Part shown: positions 32,499-40,762 of the stretch, in pieces | Position numbering within the stretch: position 1 is the first letter of the stretch | How the letters are laid out: each line of letters opens with the position of its first letter | From: Kofleriaceae bacterium | Lineage (GTDB): Bacteria > Myxococcota_A > Polyangia > Haliangiales > Haliangiaceae | Direction of reading: 5' to 3' | Length of the DNA: 64,000 nt | Assembly: GCA_965215005.1 (NCBI GenBank) | Contig: CBDCCZ010000018.1 | Span: 96,001-160,000, forward strand | The notes under the pieces: generated by a model | Database searches by the model: none | What the model was told of the DNA's origin: nothing | What the model saw: only the letters and a program-made list of their open reading frames with translations | Program-made: the position numbers and the translations under genes

Positions 32499-32555
32499 CC
32501 TTGCACCCTACGAGATTGCGCCTGCGCCGCGCTGGCTTTGCCGTATCCTGAATCA

Positions 32556-34736
32556 ATGCATCGCGTTGCGTTGACCCTGGCGCTGCTTGGCACCCTCGGT
32601 TGCGGCGGCCCGCGTAGCGCCGCCCCGCGCTCGCCCCTCGGCGTGAGCACTGAGTTCGTCGACGCCCCTATGGAGCTCGCCGATCCCAGCGATCGCGCCA
32701 TGGCGCGCGCGCGCTTCGAGAGCATGAACCTCAGCGACCCACAGCGCGTCGAGCTCCGGCAAGCGCTGGCGACGGAGCTCGGTCACCGCGCCAGGTCCGC
32801 ACGAGCGGCCGGTGACCTCGACGATGCCTTCGCTGCCCTCCTCGAGCTAGCATCACTGTGGACCGCGACCGAGCTCGCCGAGCCAATCGTTGCCGCCGAG
32901 CTCGCGCCCTACGCTGAGCTCACCGCCTCGCTCCTCGCTGACGTCTCGCGAGCCGGCAACGACGTTCACGCCGCCGCTGCTCTCGCGCTGCTCGCGGTGA
33001 TGCGTCCCGAGCGCGCGGAAGAATACGCGCGCGAGCTGCAGCTCATTTTTGACTATAGCGATGAGCTCGAGCAGGCAATGTGGGGCGAAGGCGCCGAGGG
33101 CGCGCGGCCCATCGCGATCCTCGAAGATGTCGAGCGCTCCGTGCATACGCCGCTCGTCATCGATGAGCTCGTCGGCCTTCTGGTCACGCGGCAGCGGTTC
33201 TTCGACGCCAAGATCCGCGACAGCGGCGCTCAGCTCGATGTTGCGCTGGTACGCGCCCACGGCGACGGCGTCGTCCGCAGCGCCTGGCTGATCGTTGGGA
33301 TCTTGGCGCGCGCAAATCGCCTTGACGAAGTGCCTGCCGCGCTAGCCCCGATCAAAGGCATTGGCGATGACGGCGAGCTGCGTCTAGCCGTGCAGACGGC
33401 GCTTTCCGAAGACGCCGGTCCCAAGGAGTGGATCGATCTCGCCGGGCAGTTTCAAAGCGGCGACTCGGATCGCCGCGATCTCGAGACCACTCTTGCGATC
33501 GTCCGCGAGGGCCTGCGCCGCCATCCGCGCAGCGTTGCGCTGCACACCGCCGCCGGCCTCACCGCCCGCGCCGGCAACAACCTACCGCTTGCCATCGACC
33601 ATTTCGAACGCGCCCTGGCGCTCGCACCCGACAGCCGCGACGCTGCCGAGCAGCTCAGCGAGCTGTACCGCGTGCAGATCGGCCAGCTGGTGTTCGCGCA
33701 TCGACCGCGCGCGGCAGTGGCCGCGCTGCGAGCTGCCGCAGACTTTCACGCCAGCGCTGCACAGCGTTGGTCCGAGCCGCTGCGCTCGGACTTGGCGGCC
33801 GCCTACGCGACCATGGGTCGCGGCTTGGTCAGCTTGGGCGAGCTCGACGATGGCCGCGAGCACCTCGAGCGGTCGGTGGCACTGCGACCTACGATCGACG
33901 CGCTCGAATATCTCGGCCTCATCGAGCTCAAGCGCGATCGATTCGCCGCGGCCGTGCGCCACTTCAGCGCCGCTCTCAAGCTGCCAGCCACCGACGTCGC
34001 CACCACCTTCGACCGCGCGCGCATCCTGCGTCTGGCTGGCGAAGCACTCGCCGGTCATGGCGATGCCAAGGGCGCCGCCGACCGCTTTCGCCAAGCGTTG
34101 GACAGCTGGAAACGGCTATCCTCCCGCGTCGAGCTCACCCCGCGATTCGCCGCCGAAATGCACCTCGAGGCCGGTAAAGCGCAGTGGGCACTCGGCCATC
34201 GGCGAGAAGCCCTTGCGCGAATCGACGCCGCCATCGACGCCGATAGCGACGGCTCCGAAACCTACACCGATGTCGTCGCCTTCCTCATCGTGAACGGTCA
34301 ATACCCTCGCGCCCTCGATGCCTACCACCGCGCCCTCGGCTCCACGGCAGTTAGCGACTACTACAAAGTCTTCATGAGCCTGTGGATCGTCGGCGAGGCC
34401 CGGCGCCTGGACCGCACGCCCGATCCCCTGGCCACCAGCTTCCTCGAGGAACGCGCTGGTCGCCTCTGGTACGACGACCTCGCACGACTCGCCACCCACC
34501 GCGCCGACGTCCAAGCGCTTAAAACCCGCGCCACCACGCGCGCCCGCCGCGCCGAGCTCCTCTACTACGCCGCCGTCCTCGGCCGCACCGCCGAAGATCC
34601 CCGCGCCGTCGAAGCCCTACTCCGGCGCGTCGTCGCCACCGAAATGGTGTTGTTCTTCGAATACGACATGGCCAAGCACTGGCTAGAACAACGCTACGCC
34701 ACCGCCTCCGACTCCCAGCAGCGCGCGACGCCGTAG
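32556..34736 (+). CDS. TPR-repeat lipoprotein
   Basis: LLGTLGC lipobox; multiple TPR-like units (AIDHFERALALAP, AYATMGRGL). Confidence 0.8.
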   Translation: MHRVALTLALLGTLGCGGPRSAAPRSPLGVSTEFVDAPMELADPSDRAMARARFESMNLSDPQRVELRQALATELGHRARSARAAGDLDDAFAALLELASLWTATELAEPIVAAELAPYAELTASLLADVSRAGNDVHAAAALALLAVMRPERAEEYARELQLIFDYSDELEQAMWGEGAEGARPIAILEDVERSVHTPLVIDELVGLLVTRQRFFDAKIRDSGAQLDVALVRAHGDGVVRSAWLIVGILARANRLDEVPAALAPIKGIGDDGELRLAVQTALSEDAGPKEWIDLAGQFQSGDSDRRDLETTLAIVREGLRRHPRSVALHTAAGLTARAGNNLPLAIDHFERALALAPDSRDAAEQLSELYRVQIGQLVFAHRPRAAVAALRAAADFHASAAQRWSEPLRSDLAAAYATMGRGLVSLGELDDGREHLERSVALRPTIDALEYLGLIELKRDRFAAAVRHFSAALKLPATDVATTFDRARILRLAGEALAGHGDAKGAADRFRQALDSWKRLSSRVELTPRFAAEMHLEAGKAQWALGHRREALARIDAAIDADSDGSETYTDVVAFLIVNGQYPRALDAYHRALGSTAVSDYYKVFMSLWIVGEARRLDRTPDPLATSFLEERAGRLWYDDLARLATHRADVQALKTRATTRARRAELLYYAAVLGRTAEDPRAVEALLRRVVATEMVLFFEYDMAKHWLEQRYATASDSQQRATP

Positions 34737-34873
34737 TCCATTACTGAAGCGCGCTGTGCAGAACCGCAATCTGCGCGTCAGCTCCCGCTCCCAGTGCGCC
34801 CGTCCCAGCTCCACATCCCCCTTCTGATACGCGGTCACCGCGAGCAAAGCCGATCGGCCGCCGCGGGAGTTGT

Positions 34874-34975
34874 GACGCGCAGAAATCCGAATCCCCGATG
34901 CGGGGCACGGGCGGCAGATTTCTGCTGCTCGCGTGCATCCTTCGGCGTCTCCCCAAGCCGTCGCTGCGTTGCTAG
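34874..34975 (-). repeat. Dispersed ~100-bp element, copy A
   Basis: Reverse complement aligns with 38998-39101 at about 85 of 104 columns by hand; shared core GAGACGCCGAAGG...GCAGAAATCTGCCGCCC(G/T)TGCCCCGCATCGGGG. Confidence 0.9.
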
Positions 34976-35094
34976 GGGTCGTCGTTTTGCCACATCTTGC
35001 CGCCGCGGCGGCCTTGTAGCCTTGGCCGACGCCGTCTAAGGTCTGGCCAGCTCTTGAACTGGTGAGTCCTACTCGAGGCCGGAGGGGTGACGAG

Positions 35095-36588
35095 ATGGTG
35101 TCGAGGAATCTGAAACGCGGCGGTTTGGCTCTCGTTCTCCTGCTCGTGGCGTGTGGCCATGTCGCTCCCGCGGAAGAAGATGCGGGCAGTGACATCGCTG
35201 CAGCGTGTGGTGACGGCGTATGTTGCACGCCAAGCGGCGCGTTCGCTGCCGCGACAACCGTTTGCTCCACGACCACCGAGTACCGCTGCGATGGCGCAAC
35301 ATGCGGCGGGACTGCTGAACAACGTCTCGTCAATCGCTACTGCTCGGGTGACGCAGCAGCCTGCGAAGGCAACGTTGATGCTGCTGAATGGACAACCGCG
35401 CTCCAGTGCAGTGCAGAAGAGCTCTGTACGACCGACGAAACCTCGCCACCCACCTGTACCGCCTGCGAAAACGGCTGCACCGAGGGGGCTTGCGTAGGGG
35501 CTGTTTGCACCGAAGGCGCCTGCTGCACGCCCGCTGGACAGTTCGCCGACGCATCGATCACATGTGAGAGCTCGACGACCTACCGTTGCGCCGGCTCCGC
35601 GTGCGGAGGACAACCGCAGAAGCGCGTTGCGGAGCGGGCCTGCAGCGGGCAATCGGCTGCCTGCGACGGCGTAGTCACCGACTCTGGATGGGAAGACTCC
35701 GCTACCTGCGACGCTGCCCAGATTTGTGCCCCGGAAGCCAACGGCCCCCCAAGCTGCCTCGATTGTGAGAATGGCTGTGAAGGCAATGGCTGCATCGCAG
35801 CCCAGTGCGATAGCGGCACCTGTTGCGATCCCACAGGACAGTTCAAGCCCAGTACCACAGTCTGCTCCACCTCCACGACATACCGCTGTTCAGGCCAAGC
35901 CTGTGGTGGCCAGCCGCAAGAGCGAATCGCACGTCGGTACTGCTCTGGCAGCTCCGCCGCGTGCGATGGCGCTAATGAGCCAGGAACTTGGCGCAACCTC
36001 GCGGCATGCGGCGCCAACGATACATGCGAAGGATCAGGCAACACTCGTCCCGTTTGCTCGACATGTCCCTCCGGGTGTGATGCCGGGACGTGCCGAGAAG
36101 CACGTATATGGATCTTTCCCACGCGAGGACAGTTTGGTGGCGACATCGGTGGCCGGGTCGCGGCCGATAACTACTGTGCGATTAAGTACAGGGAGTCGTT
36201 CGAGCACCTAGCCTGCAATCAAGTCCATGCCTTGTTAGGGATCAGCGCAAGTGACCGCCTGCAGTCGATGCCCGTGACGTTCGGCGTACCGACCGATGCG
36301 CCCGTATTTCGCGCGCAAGACGGCGAAGGGGGGCCCCTCGTCGCGAACAGCTGGAACGAGCTGACCAACCCCAACCTTAGCCTTACAACTGCAGTATCGG
36401 ATACGCCGCTGCTTTTCTGGAGCGGACAAAACACTCAATACACTTGTGACAGCTGGACATCCCTCTCCGGCGCCTCCTATGGAGAGCTCGGCGACGCTTC
36501 AGCGAGGAACGGCTGGCTCTCACGAGCCCTAGATACCTGCGACAAGGTCTTCAACCTTATCTGCATTTGCTGGGCTATGCATCAATGA
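35095..36588 (+). CDS. Lipoprotein with three ~100-aa disintegrin-like Cys-rich repeats and a C-terminal DUF1554/endostatin-like domain
   Basis: LLLVAC lipobox; three copies of CxxGxCC...F...C...YRC...CGG...CSG..AAC(D/E)G; C-terminal GDIGGRVAADNYC...FWSG...CDSWTS...LICI. Confidence 0.75.
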   Translation: MVSRNLKRGGLALVLLLVACGHVAPAEEDAGSDIAAACGDGVCCTPSGAFAAATTVCSTTTEYRCDGATCGGTAEQRLVNRYCSGDAAACEGNVDAAEWTTALQCSAEELCTTDETSPPTCTACENGCTEGACVGAVCTEGACCTPAGQFADASITCESSTTYRCAGSACGGQPQKRVAERACSGQSAACDGVVTDSGWEDSATCDAAQICAPEANGPPSCLDCENGCEGNGCIAAQCDSGTCCDPTGQFKPSTTVCSTSTTYRCSGQACGGQPQERIARRYCSGSSAACDGANEPGTWRNLAACGANDTCEGSGNTRPVCSTCPSGCDAGTCREARIWIFPTRGQFGGDIGGRVAADNYCAIKYRESFEHLACNQVHALLGISASDRLQSMPVTFGVPTDAPVFRAQDGEGGPLVANSWNELTNPNLSLTTAVSDTPLLFWSGQNTQYTCDSWTSLSGASYGELGDASARNGWLSRALDTCDKVFNLICICWAMHQ

Positions 36589-37889
36589 CGAGTCCCAGCA
36601 ACAAGCTGCCACTGAGGCCATGTTGGCTAAGGCTATTGCGGCTCTCCGTTGCATTCACCCTCATCGGCTGCGGAGGCGATCCTATAGCGCCGAGTTTAGC
36701 GTCTGACGCCAGCTACACTTACGATGCCAATACTACTTTGGACGCTTCGACGGAAATATTTGATGCTGCACCGATAGATTCCGCACCGCCCGACCTACGA
36801 CTCCTATGCGGAGCCGTGCCGCTGACTTACGCCGACTGGGAAGATTGCTACCGAAAGCGATTCTGTGAATGGTACGTCGGCTGTGTCCCTCTTGGTGGCT
36901 ATGCAACTGTAAGCGAGTGCATCGAACAGGAAGACGTGGCGGCAGGTGGAAGGATCTCCTATGAGCGTCGACAGCGGGAATGGTCAGTAGAGAACGGAAG
37001 AACTAAAGTAGATTACGAGGCATTTGTCAGGTGCCTAGCCGGGACAGGCGAAGATTTCTGCCGTACGTCGAGATCCAATGCCGACTGTGTCCTCCGACTG
37101 CGGGGAACGGTGCCTCACAATGGAGAATGTCTTTCGAACGTTGACTGCTCATCCCCCGGCGGAATCTGTCAAAGAGACTGCAATGACGCATGCTGCACAG
37201 GTGTTTGCAAAGCTGCTGCAAAGCTGGGCGAAGAATGCTTTGAAGAGCCATTCTGCGAGCCAGAGCTCCAGTGCGTAGATGGAATTTGTGTTTCAGGCGC
37301 GCTCGGCAAGCCATGCACTTCAGTAGTCGGGTGCAACGACGATGGCTGGTGTGACATGGAGTTACAGGTTTGTCGCTCGCCACTTCCGGAAGGAAGCACT
37401 TGCGAAAATTTTCTGCAGTGCGAGGAGAAGACTCGGTGCATAGGGCTGGTCAGCGGCCAGCAAAAAGGGCGCTGTGAGCCAGTTGGGCAGGAAGGTGCTC
37501 CGTGTGACCTCGGCTGCCTAGGCAGTAAGTTGTACTGCGATCGCTCGGTGATTTCTGGCGAATTGGGTATCTGTCGCGAGATGCCCATACTAGGAGAAGC
37601 ATGCGGAGGAATACGTCAATGCCAAAGAATATCGCAACTCTGTCGCGACGGTCGATGTGCACCTCGACCGACCGAGGGAGAAAGCTGCGCAACAGGGGAA
37701 TGTGCGCCCGGGTTCTTCTGTTTGTCGGAGGTTGAGGCAGCACCGCCAGTTTGCGCTCCTCGCCGCGAGGCAGGAGGCGCCTGCTCGAGGGACGCTCACT
37801 GCATTTCCTACCTGTGCAGCGCTAGCGATGGAATGGGGGAGGTTGGTCAGTGCCAGCGATCGATCGACAGCTGCGAAGTGCAACCATGA
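36585..37889 (+). CDS. Cys-rich lipoprotein with repeated G(E)xC...C...C modules (Dickkopf-like or myxobacterial Cys-rich repeats)
   Basis: TLIGC lipobox; roughly 50 Cys; ATGA overlap with the upstream gene. Confidence 0.75.
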   Translation: MTSPSNKLPLRPCWLRLLRLSVAFTLIGCGGDPIAPSLASDASYTYDANTTLDASTEIFDAAPIDSAPPDLRLLCGAVPLTYADWEDCYRKRFCEWYVGCVPLGGYATVSECIEQEDVAAGGRISYERRQREWSVENGRTKVDYEAFVRCLAGTGEDFCRTSRSNADCVLRLRGTVPHNGECLSNVDCSSPGGICQRDCNDACCTGVCKAAAKLGEECFEEPFCEPELQCVDGICVSGALGKPCTSVVGCNDDGWCDMELQVCRSPLPEGSTCENFLQCEEKTRCIGLVSGQQKGRCEPVGQEGAPCDLGCLGSKLYCDRSVISGELGICREMPILGEACGGIRQCQRISQLCRDGRCAPRPTEGESCATGECAPGFFCLSEVEAAPPVCAPRREAGGACSRDAHCISYLCSASDGMGEVGQCQRSIDSCEVQP

Positions 37890-38001
37890 CGCCACCTCGA
37901 GCCGCCTTCTGCGCACATCAACCGTCTCGTCATAACCAGAAACGACTGTCGCCCACCTGAATCAAGAACCGATCCTGCAACTTCAAAGGAGCCGAGACGT
38001 C

Positions 38002-38916
38002 ATGATGAAGAAGATTCTTATTTTGAGCCTTTTGCTGTCAACCGCGGCGGTGTTTGAGAAGAGTGCCAATGCACAGCCCACAGACGATGATTTGATGTTG
38101 GTACTCATCGACGCTAGCGGTTCAATGAGCATAGAACGCGACGGCGATGGCGAGGTGAGAACGCGGCTCGACGCAGCGAAGGCTCTAGCCAAAACGCGTG
38201 TAAGGGAGCAGGCGATGTCGGGACTGACGGGGGTATCGGTTCGAACCTTCCGGGGAACTAGCTATGTCATAGAGCACACCGATGGCTTCGTGCCCGTCAA
38301 CACTGCCTTGGCAGCAATCGACACTCTAGACGTGACGAGCGGCACCACACCTCTGGCGGGCAGCATGTGTGAAGCGATTGACGCTCTCGTTGCAGCCACT
38401 AACGGCACACGGGTGTTACAGGTGAGCTCAGATGGCGAAGAGAATTCGACTCCGGAGGCTCATCCGTGCGCAGGTCCCACGTCGACTATTGACGATGAAC
38501 CATTCACTAGTGGTTCATGGCAAAATCTCGTTTACACGCGTGCCATAAATAATGTCATCGTAAGAGTAGATCTATTCAATTCGGGACCCATACTTAGCCT
38601 ACAAGCTCCGAGAACGGCGGCGAGGCTTGATGATGACGTCGAAGAATTCGACCCTCCGACGCTCGAGGAATTCTTTCAAGCGTTAGCACGAAGCACCGGC
38701 GGAACGCTCCATGTAATCGCGGATGACGAGCCACTTCCCATATTCGCAGATCTGAACGGCGACCACTGCGTCAACGGTTTTGACGCGTTCTTGATGGGGA
38801 CGCAGATGGGCCGGCGGGTACCCCCGGCTGACGGGATCTTCGACCTCAACCTCGACGGACGGATCAATATACGGGATGCGCTCATCCTGATTTCGCACAT
38901 CACTCGTGGCTGTTAG
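38002..38916 (+). CDS. Secreted vWA-domain protein with a C-terminal dockerin-type tandem Ca-binding loop pair
   Basis: AAAGGAG RBS, signal peptide (..SANA), MIDAS DASGS...TPL...SDG; DLNGDHCVNGFD and DLNLDGRINIRD. Confidence 0.85.
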   Translation: MMKKILILSLLLSTAAVFEKSANAQPTDDDLMLVLIDASGSMSIERDGDGEVRTRLDAAKALAKTRVREQAMSGLTGVSVRTFRGTSYVIEHTDGFVPVNTALAAIDTLDVTSGTTPLAGSMCEAIDALVAATNGTRVLQVSSDGEENSTPEAHPCAGPTSTIDDEPFTSGSWQNLVYTRAINNVIVRVDLFNSGPILSLQAPRTAARLDDDVEEFDPPTLEEFFQALARSTGGTLHVIADDEPLPIFADLNGDHCVNGFDAFLMGTQMGRRVPPADGIFDLNLDGRINIRDALILISHITRGC

Positions 38917-38967
38917 CAATTCCCTCGAGTGTATCCTCGATCTCGGTTTCTCCGCTAACACGAAGAC

Positions 38968-39001
38968 CTAGTGGTTCACGGCGAAAGTCGTGAACCGCTA
39001 G
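38968..39001. repeat. CTAG-bounded REP-like hairpin, possibly also a terminator
   Basis: CTAGTGGTTCACGGC-GAAA-GTCGTGAACCGCTAG; arm copies at 10963-10976, 59773-59784 and 59958-59972. Confidence 0.75.
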
Positions 39002-39101
39002 AAACACAACGATCGCTTGGGGGAGACGCCGAAGGGGGCGCATGAAGAGCAGAAATCTGCCGCCCTTGCCCCGCATCGGGGCGGCGAATTTCATGCGCGT
39101 C
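38998..39101 (+). repeat. Dispersed ~100-bp element, copy B (inverted relative to copy A)
   Basis: Aligns with the reverse complement of 34874-34975; begins at CTAG like copy A. Confidence 0.9.
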
Positions 39102-39466
39102 CTCGACGGCTTCAGCAAGTCGACTGTGGGCGGCGAACTTCGAGGCGGTCATGGGGCAACGCTATTGCGCAGATCTTACAGCGCGTTCGGGCCCCCGGAT
39201 TCCGATGCAATGAACGCCCTCACCCGGCGCGCGCTGTCGTCGTTGCGACCACGGTAGAGCCTGCTCTCGACCCTCAACCCTCGTAGGCCGCGTAGGGGCG
39301 CTCGCAAGCGAGGTCGCTTCACGGCGGTGCCTCTCACCGAGCCCATCGCCCGCCGCCTGTGATAGCGTTGCTGGCATGCGCCCAGTTGTCGTCGTCGTGG
39401 GCCTGGCCATGACGGCTTGGGCGTTCATACGGGTGCTCATTGGTCAGCGCTTTCGTGCCGGGAACG

Positions 39467-40762
39467 ATGCGGCAGCGGCTCTGCTCAAAGACTGACGTGG
39501 CGCTGCGCGTCGTGGTCCTCGCGGTCTGCCTCCTGGCTGGCTGTGGCACCAAGCAGAGCGCGTTGCCTACTGCGCTGGTCGACGCCGACGAGGGGCGATT
39601 TCCGCACGCGCGGCACGAGCAGCTGGCGTGCACCGAATGCCATGCTCGCGAGCGCACGTTGGCGGGTCCTCCGCAGATGCCCGGGGCCGATGATCACGCG
39701 CCTTGCGACCGGCAGGCTTGCCACCAAGCCGAGTTTCTGGCCGGTCCGAGCACGTTCTGCATGCAGTGTCATGAAGAGGTGGATCCCGATGGTGCCTCGC
39801 CACTGGTGCCCTACCCGCCGCAACACGGCCGCCGCGCGCTGGCTTCGCGCTTCTCTCATGCCTTGCATCTCGACGCTGCTCGCATGGAAACAGCGGTCGG
39901 CTTCCATGTCTCCTGCAGCGACTGCCATGAGGTTCGCGAGCTTCTATCTCCAAAGACCGCCAGCCACCGCTCCTGCGCCCGTTGCCACGCGCCCGAAGCA
40001 GCCGCCCCAGGCGCGCCCACCATGCATCAGTGCCAGCGCTGCCATCAAGCCGTGATCGCCCCGCTGCGTCGCCGCGAGCTCATCACCGGCGACCTCAGCT
40101 TCGAGCACCAAAACCATCGCCTCGATCACAGTGGCGAGCTCATCGCCTGCACCGAGTGTCACGTGGCAAGTGCCACCACGACGGAGCTCGTTCAGCCGCC
40201 GCCGCCGACTGCCGCCTGCGTCAACTGTCACGACGATCCCGACCGGGCTCCCGCACGGGTGCGGATGCGCCAGTGCGAAGCATGTCACGCCACGCGGCGC
40301 GATGGCATCGGCACCCTAGCGCCGCGGTCGCACCTACCGGCGCGCGAGCGCCCCGAAGATCACACGCTGGCATTCCGCACCGAGCACGGCGCCGATGCCC
40401 AGCGCGAGCCCACCCGCTGTGCCAGCTGCCATACCTTTCTTTCGGGCTCCCCGCGCGATACCTGCGCCGACTGCCACGCGGTGATGCGTCCCGTCGATCA
40501 CACCGTGTCGTGGCGCGAGCTCGAGCACGGCCAGGCCGCGGCCACCAGCACCGAGCGCTGCACCACCTGCCACGTGGCCTCGTTCTGCACCACGTGCCAC
40601 TCCACCCCGCCCCGCTCGCACTTTCCTCGGCTGGCGTTTCGCGAACGCGGCCACGGCGAGGTCGCTCGCGTCTCCCCGCGCAGCTGCGTGGTATGCCACA
40701 GCGTCGAGCGTTTCTGCGCCAGCGCCGGCTGTCACACCACGACCCCGGGGCCGCTGCGCTGA
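39467..40762 (+). CDS. Multiheme c-type cytochrome lipoprotein (13 CxxCH + 2 Cx4CH = 15 putative hemes)
   Basis: LLAGC lipobox; three FxHxxH triheme (c7/c3-like) modules followed by three diheme repeats; start could be 39467 or 39497. Confidence 0.92.
   Translation: MRQRLCSKTDVALRVVVLAVCLLAGCGTKQSALPTALVDADEGRFPHARHEQLACTECHARERTLAGPPQMPGADDHAPCDRQACHQAEFLAGPSTFCMQCHEEVDPDGASPLVPYPPQHGRRALASRFSHALHLDAARMETAVGFHVSCSDCHEVRELLSPKTASHRSCARCHAPEAAAPGAPTMHQCQRCHQAVIAPLRRRELITGDLSFEHQNHRLDHSGELIACTECHVASATTTELVQPPPPTAACVNCHDDPDRAPARVRMRQCEACHATRRDGIGTLAPRSHLPARERPEDHTLAFRTEHGADAQREPTRCASCHTFLSGSPRDTCADCHAVMRPVDHTVSWRELEHGQAAATSTERCTTCHVASFCTTCHSTPPRSHFPRLAFRERGHGEVARVSPRSCVVCHSVERFCASAGCHTTTPGPLR

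Noticed and set aside
39015..39060. GGAGACGCCGAAGG resembling a glycine riboswitch
   Set aside because: No downstream CTCTCAGG element, no P2 stem between GGAGA and CCGAAG, and the copies are not upstream of glycine-related genes
34740..39250. Integron cassette array (attC sites)
   Set aside because: No RYYYAAC/GTTRRRY-bounded sites between the genes, the repeats are inverted rather than direct, and there is no integrase
39042..39257. 71-aa ORF (and 34741-34956) as genuine genes
   Set aside because: They coincide with the dispersed repeat and diverge by frameshift after ~20 codons; treated as part of the repeat pending a search for an intact parent gene
39982..40761. N-terminal 260 aa of the 812-aa ORF in the track
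   Set aside because: Alternate frame over the cytochrome gene; the real barrel start is ATG 40762, with a signal peptide and TGATG coupling
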